A stretch of DNA of 64,000 nt from contig CAVYJZ010000009.1 in assembly GCA_963768985.1 (NCBI GenBank), positions 726,546 through 790,545 on the forward strand, written 5' to 3'. Positions 1-9,286 of this stretch are shown here, one piece after another. Every line of letters begins with the position of its first letter. Position 1 is the stretch's first letter. The DNA comes from an uncultured delta proteobacterium. Its GTDB lineage: Bacteria; Myxococcota_A; Polyangia; Polyangiales; Houyiibacteriaceae. The notes under the pieces are model-generated. The model was not told the origin of the DNA. It searched no databases and saw nothing but the letters and a program-made list of their open reading frames with translations. Made by a program: the position numbers and the translations under genes.

Positions 1-1230
1 GGCGGCATTCGCATCAATCCGGACGGGGGGTTCGGCGTTCAATACATTTGGGAGCCCGATGAAAATTTGTATCCGGACTTCGCCGGCATGGTTTCGGATT
101 TCCACGCGGACGGGTACAGGTTCCTCACCTACGTCAATCCGTTCATCGTCGTTCCGGATAGCGTCAAGGAAATAGACGACCCCGCGCGGTTTGCGAAGCG
201 CTTCGATCCGATGGAACAGATGGGGCTCCTGCTCAGGCGTCAGACGGGCGAGACGTACATCGACTTCGCGGTGCCGAACATTCCGCAGTCAGATACCCAT
301 CCCGATTTCTCCAATCCCGAGACGCTGGACTTCATCAGCGAGTCGCTCGCCTCGATCGTGCGTGACTATGACGTGGACGGTTGGATGGCGGACTTCGGCG
401 AGTGGGTTCCGTTGAACTCGGCGCCGCAGGACGGAAGTGATCCGATCGAGCGTCGGAACACGTTTCCCATCGATTGGCAGCGCGCCACGAGGGAAGCGAT
501 GAAGAGCGTCCGGCCGGATGGCGATTGGGTGATGTTCGCCCGTTCGGGCTTCACCGGCGTTCAGAGCGTCGCGCAGATTCACTGGGTTGGCGACCAGCAA
601 ACCGATTGGGGCGATCTCGACGGGTTTCCGACCGTGGTGCCGGCGATGCTGAATCTCGGCCTGGCCGGGCAGCCATTCGTCACGAGCGACATCGCGGGCT
701 TTGCCCAAGGCGCGGGGCCGAGCACCAAGGAGCTATTTGAGAGATGGACCGAGCTGGGAGCGTTCACGCCGATCATGCGCACCCACGACGGGGCGGACAA
801 AGTGAACAACTGGCACTGGAACAACGACGAAGAGACCATCAATCACTTTCGAAGATTCACGTACGTCCACTGTGCGCTCATGAACGACTTCATGACGCTG
901 GCGTCCGAAGCCGAAACGAGCGGCGCTCCCATTCTGCGCCATCTGATGTTGGTCTTCCCCGATGATTTGAACACATGGGACATCAGCAACCAGTTCATGA
1001 TTGGGAATAGCCTTCTCGTGGCGCCCGTCAGCAAGGAAGGAGCGACGACGCGCTCGGTGTATTTCCCCGCTGGCACCTGGTATAATGTTTGGACCGGCGA
1101 GCAAATCGACGGGAGCCAGCGAATCATGGTCGACGCCCCGATTGGAAGCCCGCCCGTCTTTTCGCGCGGGCAGGACCGCGACGATCTCCGCAACGCCGAG
1201 ACCACTCTGACCTACGCGGACTGTCGCTGA
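1..1230 (+). CDS. GH31 glycoside hydrolase, YihQ/sulfoquinovosidase-like subfamily (5' truncated by window)
   Basis: The frame is open from base 1 (GGIRINPDGGFGVQYIWEPDENLYP...). GH31 motifs are GWMADFGEW (nucleophile Asp), HWVGDQ (acid/base Asp), SDIAGF, RWTELGAFTPIMRTH and QFMIGNSLLVAPV. Confidence 0.9.
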   Translation, partial: GGIRINPDGGFGVQYIWEPDENLYPDFAGMVSDFHADGYRFLTYVNPFIVVPDSVKEIDDPARFAKRFDPMEQMGLLLRRQTGETYIDFAVPNIPQSDTHPDFSNPETLDFISESLASIVRDYDVDGWMADFGEWVPLNSAPQDGSDPIERRNTFPIDWQRATREAMKSVRPDGDWVMFARSGFTGVQSVAQIHWVGDQQTDWGDLDGFPTVVPAMLNLGLAGQPFVTSDIAGFAQGAGPSTKELFERWTELGAFTPIMRTHDGADKVNNWHWNNDEETINHFRRFTYVHCALMNDFMTLASEAETSGAPILRHLMLVFPDDLNTWDISNQFMIGNSLLVAPVSKEGATTRSVYFPAGTWYNVWTGEQIDGSQRIMVDAPIGSPPVFSRGQDRDDLRNAETTLTYADCR

Positions 1231-1252
1231 GGAGCGAGCGAGTGCCCGGAGG

Positions 1253-2959
1253 ATGACAGACCGTGCGACAGCGTTGCTGAGACGACTTCATCCGGCCTGG
1301 GTAGGACTGATCGGGGTCGCTCTCTATGCCCGCACCGTCGCGTACGGTTTCGTCCTGCGTGACGATCCCTGGCTGATTCGCGACAACCAGCTCTTGCACG
1401 GTCTGAGCGCCGGGTCGGTTTGGCGAGTCCTGAGCGACTTCTCGTGGGAGCAACGACTTCGGCTCGGGGCAGAGTATCTTCCGGTCCGCGATCTTTCAGT
1501 GATGCTCGACTACGCCGTGTTTGGCGACTGGGTTGGTGGTCAGCACCTCACGCAGGTCTTCTTGTACGCAGGGACCTGTGCCGCGCTCGCCACATTGACG
1601 CTTGCGATATTCGAGAGTCGGCCGCTTGCATGGCTCACCGGGGTCTTGTTCGCGACCCATCCGGCGCACGTCGAGGTCGTGGCATGGCTTTCCGAGCGCA
1701 AAGGCGTGCTCGGTGCGTTCTTGCTGTCGTGCTCGCTCCTCCTCGCCACATCGTACCTTCGTCGGGGCGGTTGGAAACGTGCGCTTGCTGCGAGCGGTGT
1801 CTTCCTTCTGGCCGTCGCGGCCAAGGCGCTCACCATCGCGGGCGCGGGTGCCGTGGTGCTCGTGGTTCTGTGGCTCGACTCCCCTCTGCGATGGCGACGC
1901 AAATGGATGTTCGTCGCTGCGTATTCGGCATGCGGGCTGCTCGTGTTCGTTCCGAACCTTTGGGTCTCGCGTTCGATGGGCGTTATCCTGCCATACCACG
2001 GCGACACGTTCTCCGATACGCTCCTGCTCTCGGCGCAAGCGCACACCCTCTACCTGAAGTTGATGGCCTACGGTGGGCCTTATGCGATCGAATACGCGGT
2101 GCGGCCGGGCGCAGCCGGGACGGCAGACTGGCTGCCAGGTGCGCTCGCGGCGGCGCTCGGGGTGGGCGCCGTGGCCTGGGCGGTGCGGGATCGGGAGCGG
2201 CGAAGCGCTGCCATGTTTGGCTTGGCGTGGTGGTTCGTCTTTCTGGCGCCCGTGAGCCACCTCCTCGTCCCGGTTCAGAACTATGCGGCCGATCGGTATA
2301 TCTTCCTGCCGAGCTTCGGCTTGCTTCTGGCATTCGCAGCGCTCTTGGTGAAGCTCCCGCGCGCGGTCTCGTGGCCACTGGGCTCGGCGGCGATCCTCGT
2401 AGCTTGCGGCTGGACGATTTTGCAGACACCCGTTTGGTCGAGCAGCGATCGATTGTTCGAGAACGCCGTGAGAGTCGAGCCGACCAACGCAGATGCTTGG
2501 GACAAGCTCGCATCGGCGGCGGCGGACCGCGGCGACGAGGCTCAGGCGTGGGCCTACACGCACCAAGGCTTGGAGCATTCGCCTGGGCACTGGCGTCTCC
2601 TGCATCGTCAGGCGTTGCTGCTGGCGGCCGAGGGCAAGCTGGACGAGGCAATCGAGATCATGCGACGCGCGGCATCGGTGCCCGAGTCACACAAAGCCTA
2701 CGCGAATCTAGCCTTGTTGTACCTGAGGCGGGGCGACCGAGAAGATGCCTTGCGCATGGCGGAAGAGGCGGTCCGTCTTCAGGCCGAGACTTCGCACAAT
2801 CAGCGAGTGCTCGGGATCGTAAACTTCGAGATCGGAGATACCGTCGCTGCGTGCCGCGCGTTCGAGCGAGCTGCTGCGCTCGATCCATACGACGAGAGCA
2901 ATAGGCACAACCTCGCTCTCTGCAGCCACGCTGATGCAGACCGGACAGGGGACCCATGA
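1253..2959 (+). CDS. TMTC-like (GT-C fold) multi-pass membrane glycosyltransferase with C-terminal TPR repeats
   Basis: GGAGG directly precedes the ATG. An acidic DD loop follows TM1 (FVLRDDPWLI). Further motifs are YLPVRDLS, HPAHVEVVAWLSERK, ADRYIFLPSFG and WSSSDRLFENAV, followed by TPR helices. Confidence 0.75.
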   Translation: MTDRATALLRRLHPAWVGLIGVALYARTVAYGFVLRDDPWLIRDNQLLHGLSAGSVWRVLSDFSWEQRLRLGAEYLPVRDLSVMLDYAVFGDWVGGQHLTQVFLYAGTCAALATLTLAIFESRPLAWLTGVLFATHPAHVEVVAWLSERKGVLGAFLLSCSLLLATSYLRRGGWKRALAASGVFLLAVAAKALTIAGAGAVVLVVLWLDSPLRWRRKWMFVAAYSACGLLVFVPNLWVSRSMGVILPYHGDTFSDTLLLSAQAHTLYLKLMAYGGPYAIEYAVRPGAAGTADWLPGALAAALGVGAVAWAVRDRERRSAAMFGLAWWFVFLAPVSHLLVPVQNYAADRYIFLPSFGLLLAFAALLVKLPRAVSWPLGSAAILVACGWTILQTPVWSSSDRLFENAVRVEPTNADAWDKLASAAADRGDEAQAWAYTHQGLEHSPGHWRLLHRQALLLAAEGKLDEAIEIMRRAASVPESHKAYANLALLYLRRGDREDALRMAEEAVRLQAETSHNQRVLGIVNFEIGDTVAACRAFERAAALDPYDESNRHNLALCSHADADRTGDP

Positions 2960-2980
2960 GCGCGTTTCGAAGCAGGACCG

Positions 2981-3343
2981 ATGCGTGAGCTCGGCATCGT
3001 GGCTGCAATTAGTGCCCTGATGTGCTTGCTCAGCGGCGTCTGGTTCACGCCCTGGGAGACGCTCTACTACAACGGCATTTGGGCCACCGTGGTTGGGTTC
3101 GTGCTGGGAGTCCCTACCGGCTTCGTCTACCACGTCCGTCTCTATCGGGCGCTACATCCGCGCGGAGAGCTACCGCGAGGTTGGTTTTGGCGCCCTCTCC
3201 GGTTCAACTCGCTTCTGAGCCGCGAGGAACGCAGCGGGGTCATGGTATGGTGCTACATCGGAGGCTTCGGCTTCGCGATCATTTGCCTCGGTCTGTTGTT
3301 GATGGGCGCAGGCGTATCGATGGCGCTGATTCGCGGAGCCTAG
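2981..3343 (+). CDS. small membrane protein of unknown function
   Basis: AGGA RBS before the ATG; three hydrophobic segments; co-oriented 21 bp after the TMTC-like gene. Confidence 0.7.
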   Translation: MRELGIVAAISALMCLLSGVWFTPWETLYYNGIWATVVGFVLGVPTGFVYHVRLYRALHPRGELPRGWFWRPLRFNSLLSREERSGVMVWCYIGGFGFAIICLGLLLMGAGVSMALIRGA

Positions 3344-3371
3344 CCGAGCTCGGCTCCGTCGCACCCAGACC

Positions 3372-4235
3372 TCAGAGCTGTGCGACGGTTTCGACGGTCG
3401 CTTTGGAACGGTTGAGCGTGTAGAAGTGGATGCCTGGTGCGCCGTCCGCGAGTAGGGCTCGGCATTGCGCTGCGGCGAAGCGCACGCCTGCCTGAAGAGC
3501 CGCTTCATCGTCTTCTCCGGCCTCGTGGAGGGCGCTCTGCAGCGCGGACGGGATGGTGGTTCCGGGTGATAGCGAAGCAATGCGCCGCAAGTTGGTCAGG
3601 TTCAGGACGGGCATGATCCCAGGCACGATGGGCACGTCGATGCCCTCTGCCCGAGTCTTGTCCACGAACCTCCAATACTTGTCATTGTCGAAAAACAGCT
3701 GAGTGACCAAAAACTCGGCACCTGCGTCGACTTTGCGCTTGAGATTGCGGATGTCAGCCTCGAGGCTAGGCGCCTCGTGGTGCTTCTCGGGATAGCACGC
3801 GCCTCCAACGCAAAGCGAGAACCGTCCGCGCACGAAAGCAGTGAGCTCGTTGGCATGGCGAAAGCCCCCTTCGACGGGGGTCCAGTGGGTCGCGCCCTTG
3901 GGAGGATCCCCTCTGAGCGCGAGGACGTTACCGATCCCGCACTGCTGCATGTGCTGGAGCGTTTCGTTCAGCTCGGACTGGGTCGTGCCGGTGCATACCA
4001 GGTGCGCCATGACGGGGATTCCGAATTTCTCTTGGACTTCGATCGCCAAGTCCGCGGTCCGTTCGCGCGTCGTGCCTGCTGCGCCGCAGGTGATCGAGAC
4101 GAAGCTCGGTCGAATCGTCTCGAGACGTTCGATCGCGCGAAATAGGCCATTGCGCCCAGCCTCATCCTTCGGCGTGAAGAACTCGAGCGAGAGGACCGGG
4201 TCGCCAGCGGTGGCGTAAAGGTCGGCGATTCGCAT
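3372..4235 (-). CDS. metF: 5,10-methylenetetrahydrofolate reductase
   Basis: Motifs SLEFFTPK, FVSITCGAAGTTR, AHLVC, LALRGDPP, YPEKH, LKRKVDAGAEFLVTQLFFDN and GIHFYTLNRS. Start placed at the ATG of MRIADLY. Confidence 0.95.
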   Translation of the reverse strand: MRIADLYATAGDPVLSLEFFTPKDEAGRNGLFRAIERLETIRPSFVSITCGAAGTTRERTADLAIEVQEKFGIPVMAHLVCTGTTQSELNETLQHMQQCGIGNVLALRGDPPKGATHWTPVEGGFRHANELTAFVRGRFSLCVGGACYPEKHHEAPSLEADIRNLKRKVDAGAEFLVTQLFFDNDKYWRFVDKTRAEGIDVPIVPGIMPVLNLTNLRRIASLSPGTTIPSALQSALHEAGEDDEAALQAGVRFAAAQCRALLADGAPGIHFYTLNRSKATVETVAQL

Positions 4236-4245
4236 GGGCGACTCT

Positions 4246-4872
4246 CTATACGGGGAACCAGCGTCTGCGGGCAAGACGGAAGGCGAGGAGGAGCACGAGC
4301 ATCGGGGTCACTCCGAATCCTGAAAAAGGGCCACGAGCAGCGCTGCAGCCACCGCTCCCATCCGCCGGTGCACCGCCCTTCTGCAGCACCAGGTCCGCGC
4401 ACTGGTAGTAGATGTCGTTCCCGGGCGTCGTGTACGGCGGCTTGTCGTACATCACTTGGATGACCTGGAGTGTGCAGTTGTCGCAGGTTACATCTGGCAA
4501 CGTGACGGTCGCCGTGTAGTCGGGTTCGTCTGCCGCTTGATCGGCGATTCCGTCGAGAAGGACCGCATCGTTGGAATAAAGCTCCATCATCGTGGCGGGA
4601 TCGACGAAGTCGTCATCGCCGTCTGCATCGAACGAGATGCGGAAGTGCCCTGGGTGGTCGATGTACTCCTCCCATTGCACCTCGATGGTTGCACCTGGCT
4701 CGTAGTAGCTGATGACTTGACTCCGCTCGCCTCCGGAGATCCCACATGGACCCGTCTTCAGGACATCGGGTCCATACCTCGAGGGTGGTGAGCTCAATCC
4801 CAGGTGGGCGCGCGCTTGCCCAGGCGAGAGCGCGACGACGGCAAGGAAGGGTACGGCGCGCCAAAAATGCAT
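4246..4872 (-). CDS. SCE4755-family LPMO-like (His-brace) secreted protein with MYXO-CTERM tail
   Basis: The signal peptide ends ARA, so the mature protein starts with His (HLGLSSPPSR). Further motifs are KTGPCG, YIDHPGHFRISF, CDNCTLQVIQVM and YYQCADLVL, and the C-terminus is GGCS + hydrophobic helix + RRR. Confidence 0.8.
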   Translation of the reverse strand: MHFWRAVPFLAVVALSPGQARAHLGLSSPPSRYGPDVLKTGPCGISGGERSQVISYYEPGATIEVQWEEYIDHPGHFRISFDADGDDDFVDPATMMELYSNDAVLLDGIADQAADEPDYTATVTLPDVTCDNCTLQVIQVMYDKPPYTTPGNDIYYQCADLVLQKGGAPADGSGGCSAARGPFSGFGVTPMLVLLLAFRLARRRWFPV

Positions 4873-4957
4873 GGCAGCAGGGTAACGTAGGCGGCTGTCC
4901 GAGGCACACTTCCATGGCGGCTTGATCGCGGCCCCCTCATCGGGGTAAGCACAACCC

Positions 4958-5497
4958 ATGTTGCGTGCCGCATTGGTTCTTTCCGTCATCGTGTTCGTGG
5001 TGGGCTGCGATCGCTCGAAGATCGACGAAGCAAAGTGGAAGGAAGCAGGTGCCGAAGCGGTGCTCCCGTTCAAGAGCAGTCTCAAGCAGGCGCTCGTCGC
5101 GGGCCTCGAAAAAGGTCCGGTGGAGGCGATCTCGGCGTGCCGAATCCAGGCGCCGCGGCTGGCTGAGGCGGCGAGCACAGGTGGAATCAAGGTTGGTCGT
5201 GCCAGCCGGAAGCTCCGCAATCCGAACAACGCGCCCAAGCCCTGGATGGAGCCCTTCCTAGCGGTGTACGAAACCGACCCCGACAGGAGAGAGCCCGGGG
5301 TGGCTTTGATCGACGAGCATACCGTAGGGTATGTCGAGCCGATCTTCGTTCAGCCGATGTGTGTGACCTGCCATGGCGCCGACGTGGCGCCCGACTTGCG
5401 AGCCAAGATCGAAGAGCTCTATCCGGATGACCAAGCGACTGGCTATGCGGCCGGTGATCTCCGGGGAATCTTCTGGGCAGAGCTCCCACGGCCGTAG
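4958..5497 (+). CDS. DUF3365/Tll0287-like monohaem c-type cytochrome lipoprotein
   Basis: Lipobox VVGC; motifs AISAC, RASRKLRNPNNAP, CVTCH haem attachment and YPDDQATGY..GDLRG. Confidence 0.85.
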   Translation: MLRAALVLSVIVFVVGCDRSKIDEAKWKEAGAEAVLPFKSSLKQALVAGLEKGPVEAISACRIQAPRLAEAASTGGIKVGRASRKLRNPNNAPKPWMEPFLAVYETDPDRREPGVALIDEHTVGYVEPIFVQPMCVTCHGADVAPDLRAKIEELYPDDQATGYAAGDLRGIFWAELPRP

Positions 5498-5511
5498 CCG
5501 GGCGGACGCCG

Positions 5512-5907
5512 TCAACCCATCGCCGAGACCCTCTCCGGCTGAATGTAATAGAGGACTCTCACCTCGCCGGGCTGTCGGAATGGATATTGATCGACACCCA
5601 TGTACTTTTTGGCCATCCGATCGATGTGCTCGTCCGCTCCTTCGTTCGTGATCTTCGCAACACGCCCCCGAATCATCAACGAGCGGTAAGGGTTCTCCGG
5701 ATCGGTGACCGAAATCGCAACGCGCGGATCTCGCCGAATGTTCTTGTCTTTGAGCCGGCCCTCCGCGGAGTTGACGACGATCATGGCTCCGTCGGTGTCC
5801 ACCCAAACCGCGCTGGCCTGCGGGCTGCCATCGGGCATGAGCGTCGACAAGTGTGCAAATGCGGGTTTGCCGAGGATGTCGGCGTGGGATTGGGGGATAT
5901 GCTTCAT
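5512..5907 (-). CDS. PPOX-class (putative F420-dependent) split-barrel oxidoreductase
   Basis: Motifs AHLSTLMPDGSPQASAVW, GRLKDKNIRRDPRVAISV.D.ENPY and IDRMAKKYMG; AGGAG RBS. Confidence 0.9.
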   Translation of the reverse strand: MKHIPQSHADILGKPAFAHLSTLMPDGSPQASAVWVDTDGAMIVVNSAEGRLKDKNIRRDPRVAISVTDPENPYRSLMIRGRVAKITNEGADEHIDRMAKKYMGVDQYPFRQPGEVRVLYYIQPERVSAMG

Positions 5908-6060
5908 ATCGAGTCTCCTGAATGACGTTCGGTTTAGAGGCTACGCGAGCAACCCTTCGCTCACAAGCCACAGGCGGCTCCGCCGCGTCGCGGTCTCGTG
6001 CTTGGACAGATGGTCGACAGAGCTCGAAGCGGGAAGCCTAGTATGGGGCCGGTACGGGAA

Positions 6061-6861
6061 TCATGACGTTGAGGTCGGCGGGAGCCCTTGAAAATAGCAG
6101 CCGCGGCCCCCGAACGGATAGTCATAGGTTCCGTACGTCCACCGGTAGCCTCGTCCGAACGGGGCGACGAGCTTGCGTAGCTCTTCTTCCGAATAGACAC
6201 GCAAGGTGCTGACGATGGCGTCCCATGCTCCGGCAGCGAGGGCGATAGGAGTCAGCCAGGTCCACACGGCCTTGGCCATTTGGTCGCGAGGCGAAAGAAA
6301 AGGAGTAGCCAGAAGAGAGGGGATGCCAATTGGGATCAGAGGAAACGCCCCGCGCGGGTCGCGTTCGAACGACTCCGAAATGAAAATTGGCGCCTGACTG
6401 GCCACCGCATCGCGGAGGATCGCTTTGGCCAAGTCTGGCGGGAAGTGGTGGAAGGCGTTGACGATGATCCGCGCTCGACCTTCGGACAGAGACGGTGCAA
6501 TCCGTGTCGCATCGACGCTGTCGGTGACGAAATCGATCTGGCTGGGACACTGCTGTTTTGCGAGGATCCAAAGCGGCACGCGAGGAAAGAGATCGGTCAG
6601 CAAGAAACGCGGAGGCGCGAACCCCAAACGCTGCGCCTCACGACTGAGGATGACGGCAGGTCCGCCGGCGCCCGCGCATAAGTCCAGCACCTCGCTGGTT
6701 CCGGCGTCCGAGAGAAAGCGGTCGATCACGGGAACGAGTGGTCGAAGAAACCCACCCCAGTCCAGCGAGCGGCTCAGCGTCTCGACGATCGTGTCTCGCA
6801 AAGTCGCGGGAACCCACCCCCGATCGTTGAACTCGAACAGCTGGACTCTCGGTAGAGGCAT
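6061..6861 (-). CDS. class I SAM-dependent methyltransferase-like protein
   Basis: SAM motif VLDLCAGAGGP; also LTDLFP and NAFHHF. Confidence 0.75.
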   Translation of the reverse strand: MPLPRVQLFEFNDRGWVPATLRDTIVETLSRSLDWGGFLRPLVPVIDRFLSDAGTSEVLDLCAGAGGPAVILSREAQRLGFAPPRFLLTDLFPRVPLWILAKQQCPSQIDFVTDSVDATRIAPSLSEGRARIIVNAFHHFPPDLAKAILRDAVASQAPIFISESFERDPRGAFPLIPIGIPSLLATPFLSPRDQMAKAVWTWLTPIALAAGAWDAIVSTLRVYSEEELRKLVAPFGRGYRWTYGTYDYPFGGRGCYFQGLPPTSTS

Positions 6862-6989
6862 AGGGGCTCCCTAGCGCATGAAACGTTCGAGTGAAATGGG
6901 CGCATCGGATGGTCGCTACGGACTGTAGAGCTCGAGCCAGGCACGCTCCACGGGCGGAAACCATCGGGATCTGGTAGGACCCATTGCAG

Positions 6990-7607
6990 ATGGGCATGTA
7001 CGATCGATACCTCCTGCCGCGGCTCGTCAGCCTCGCGTGCTCTTCCAACCCGAACATGAAGCAACGGGAGAAGGTGGTGCCGTTGGCCGAGGGGGACGTG
7101 CTCGAGATCGGACTGGGCACCGGGCTCAATCTCGCCTACTACGACCCCGGCAAAGTGCGTAAGGTCTGGGGGCTCGAGCCATCGGAAGGCATGCGAAACC
7201 TCGCACGGAAGAACGTCGTTGACTCGGAGGTCGAGGTCGAGTTTATCGATCTGCCGGGCGAGGAGATCCCGCTCGATGCCCACAGTGTGGACACCGTGGT
7301 CGTCACCTACACCCTGTGCACGATCCCGGATGCGCAGCGCGCGTTGAAAGGTATGCGGCGAGTCCTTCGCCCAGGCGGGAAGCTCTTGTTCTGTGAGCAC
7401 GGCATCGCGCCTGACCTCGGTGTTCGACAATGGCAGGAGCGAATCAACCCAATATGGCGTCGGTTTTCTGGCGGCTGCCAAATCAATCGGGACATCGTGG
7501 GTCTCATCGAGGCCTCCGGATTCCGCGTGCTCGTCGATGAGCGAATGTACATCCCTGGGGTCAAGCTTCTGTCATACAATTACTGGGGCAGCGCAGTAGC
7601 GGACTAG
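6990..7607 (+). CDS. class I SAM-dependent methyltransferase (Methyltransf_11)
   Basis: Motifs VLEIGLGTGLNL, SVDTVVVTYTLCTIPD, RVLRPGGKLLFCEHG and GGCQINR. Confidence 0.9.
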   Translation: MGMYDRYLLPRLVSLACSSNPNMKQREKVVPLAEGDVLEIGLGTGLNLAYYDPGKVRKVWGLEPSEGMRNLARKNVVDSEVEVEFIDLPGEEIPLDAHSVDTVVVTYTLCTIPDAQRALKGMRRVLRPGGKLLFCEHGIAPDLGVRQWQERINPIWRRFSGGCQINRDIVGLIEASGFRVLVDERMYIPGVKLLSYNYWGSAVAD

Positions 7608-7659
7608 GCGAGGGCCAGTTCGTTCCCACGGCGTGGAGGATGGGCTACCCTGATCGAAG

Positions 7660-8043
7660 GTGGCGAAGCCAATCGGATTGCTGTTCGTAGTTGGGGGAGG
7701 TGCGCTTTGCGCCGCGTCTCTCGGGCTCTTGCCCGTGGGGCACCTGGCCTTCGACGCGCCCCGCTCGCTGGTTTGCGGCGCTGGTGCGGCAATAGGCTTG
7801 TTCGGCTTCCTGCTACTGGCGCGCGACCACCGGGCCAGTGACGCGATCGCCTCGATCGTTCTGTTGGCCGTCGCTGCGAGCACGGGCTGGCTCACGTTCT
7901 ATGCCCCGCCCGGAACTGTCGAACGCGTGTTCCCGTTCATTCCGGCATCGGTCAACCAATCGGTGGCGCGCCTGCTGTTTGGTCTCGGTGCTGTGGCTTG
8001 CGTGGGTACGGCGATTTGGGCGTTGCGTCGCCTGCTTCGTTAG
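7660..8043 (+). CDS. small 4-TM membrane protein
   Basis: GTG start after GAAG; four hydrophobic helices. Confidence 0.65.
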   Translation: MAKPIGLLFVVGGGALCAASLGLLPVGHLAFDAPRSLVCGAGAAIGLFGFLLLARDHRASDAIASIVLLAVAASTGWLTFYAPPGTVERVFPFIPASVNQSVARLLFGLGAVACVGTAIWALRRLLR

Positions 8044-8106
8044 CGGTCCGCGGGTGCGCCAACCCTGCGATCGATCGGTCTCAATCAGCGGCGAGAGCGG
8101 TCACCC

Positions 8107-8439
8107 TCACGATGGAGTGAAATGAAGCGCGAGCCAGACGGTATCGCCGGACGTGGCCTCGACTCGGTGACGGACGCGTGCGGGAATCAGAATGTAGTCT
8201 CCAGGCTTCAGTTCTATCGGCTCAGCCACTTCAAAACCAAGCGTCGCCTGGCCACGCGCGAGCAATACCCACTCTGGACGGTCCTGTTCGTACCAGAACC
8301 CTTCCGGCGAAGCGGCGCCGAAGGATGCAATCTGCTCGAGTCGAAACGACGCTGCGCTGAGCAAGACCGCCGTTTGCTCCCCATTGGAGGCAGAGCAGGG
8401 GGTCGTGAAGATATTTCCGGTTTGTCGGACTGGGTTCAT
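8107..8439 (-). CDS. cupin domain protein
   Basis: Motifs RLEQIAS.G.ASPEGFWYEQ, EWVLLARG and LKPGDYILIPARVRHRVE. Confidence 0.85.
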   Translation of the reverse strand: MNPVRQTGNIFTTPCSASNGEQTAVLLSAASFRLEQIASFGAASPEGFWYEQDRPEWVLLARGQATLGFEVAEPIELKPGDYILIPARVRHRVEATSGDTVWLALHFTPS

Positions 8440-8519
8440 TGTTCTATCTCTCGGGGGGTCTAGACGCGATTTACAGGGTGGACACGCTTCGCATGATACG
8501 TGCCGGGGGGACGAACGAG

Positions 8520-9197
8520 ATGAAAGCTACTGCTGTATTTGCATTGGTGTTCGCGATGGCGAGCCCGGCATTGGCGGGGCCTGCCAATTCGACCATCGGC
8601 GGCAAGCGGTTGAGAGACGACAACGTGCACAACGTGGCGGTCGGGTATCCGAGCTTGTTCTACGAGTGGTGGAACAAGGGCCCGCGTCAGCTCGACTGGG
8701 CGTTGAAGCCAGCTCTCGTGTATGGAGACTGGCCTGCAGCCTATTCAGACAGCCGGTTCATTCGGATTGGGCTCGGGCTCAGCGCGCCCCTTCGCTGGCA
8801 CCTCGCTACGAAAAAGCGTGCGAAAACGACCAACGACATCAGCTTCCGTTTCACACCGGGTATCTTACTCGCAGGCAATCGTGCCGACACCTTCACGTTT
8901 GGCATCAAGGCCGAGGCCGCAGCCCCCGTGTCGCTCGACGTCCACGAGCGCGTGAGCGTGATTACCGGCGGCGCGATCCCGTTTGCCGTGTACATCAGCA
9001 ACCGCGACCTCGGCACGCGTGGCTTCATTCCGCTGCTGTTTCGAATGGGTGTGGAGATCAAGGCGTCCGATCACGTCTCGCCGTTCTTCCTCTTCGAGCT
9101 CGGCCCTGGCATCGGAGTTGGGGGCGGTGTCGCAGACGTTTCGTTTGCCTGGCGCATCTGGGTCGGGACCTCGTTCTGGGGCGTCACGGGCAAATAG
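8520..9197 (+). CDS. secreted protein, probable outer-membrane beta-barrel
   Basis: Signal peptide MKATAVFALVFAMASPALA; alternating hydrophobic/aromatic beta-strands ending FAWRIWVGTSFW. Confidence 0.6.
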   Translation: MKATAVFALVFAMASPALAGPANSTIGGKRLRDDNVHNVAVGYPSLFYEWWNKGPRQLDWALKPALVYGDWPAAYSDSRFIRIGLGLSAPLRWHLATKKRAKTTNDISFRFTPGILLAGNRADTFTFGIKAEAAAPVSLDVHERVSVITGGAIPFAVYISNRDLGTRGFIPLLFRMGVEIKASDHVSPFFLFELGPGIGVGGGVADVSFAWRIWVGTSFWGVTGK

Positions 9198-9286
9198 GGA
9201 TACATCCCATCTGGGTTTAGCTCTGGTGCGGTCTCGTGGTAGGTTTTGGTTCGCTGCGGGACGTTCGCAGGCCTGTGTGATCTCTC

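Noticed and set aside
1420-2904. Long alternative-frame and antisense ORFs (e.g. 494 aa here, 57226-58746, 27584-28777, 44172-45269, 45313-46335)
   Set aside because: They are Arg/Ala/Pro-rich shadows expected in high-GC DNA, lie over well-supported genes, and contain no motifs.
3342-3355. Perfect 14-bp palindrome AGCCGAGCTCGGCT between convergent genes
   Set aside because: It is a single copy with no loop or U-tract, so it cannot be supported as a terminator or REP.
4236-4300. SAM/SAH riboswitch upstream of metF
   Set aside because: Only 10 bp separate metF from the upstream CDS, and no riboswitch consensus is visible.
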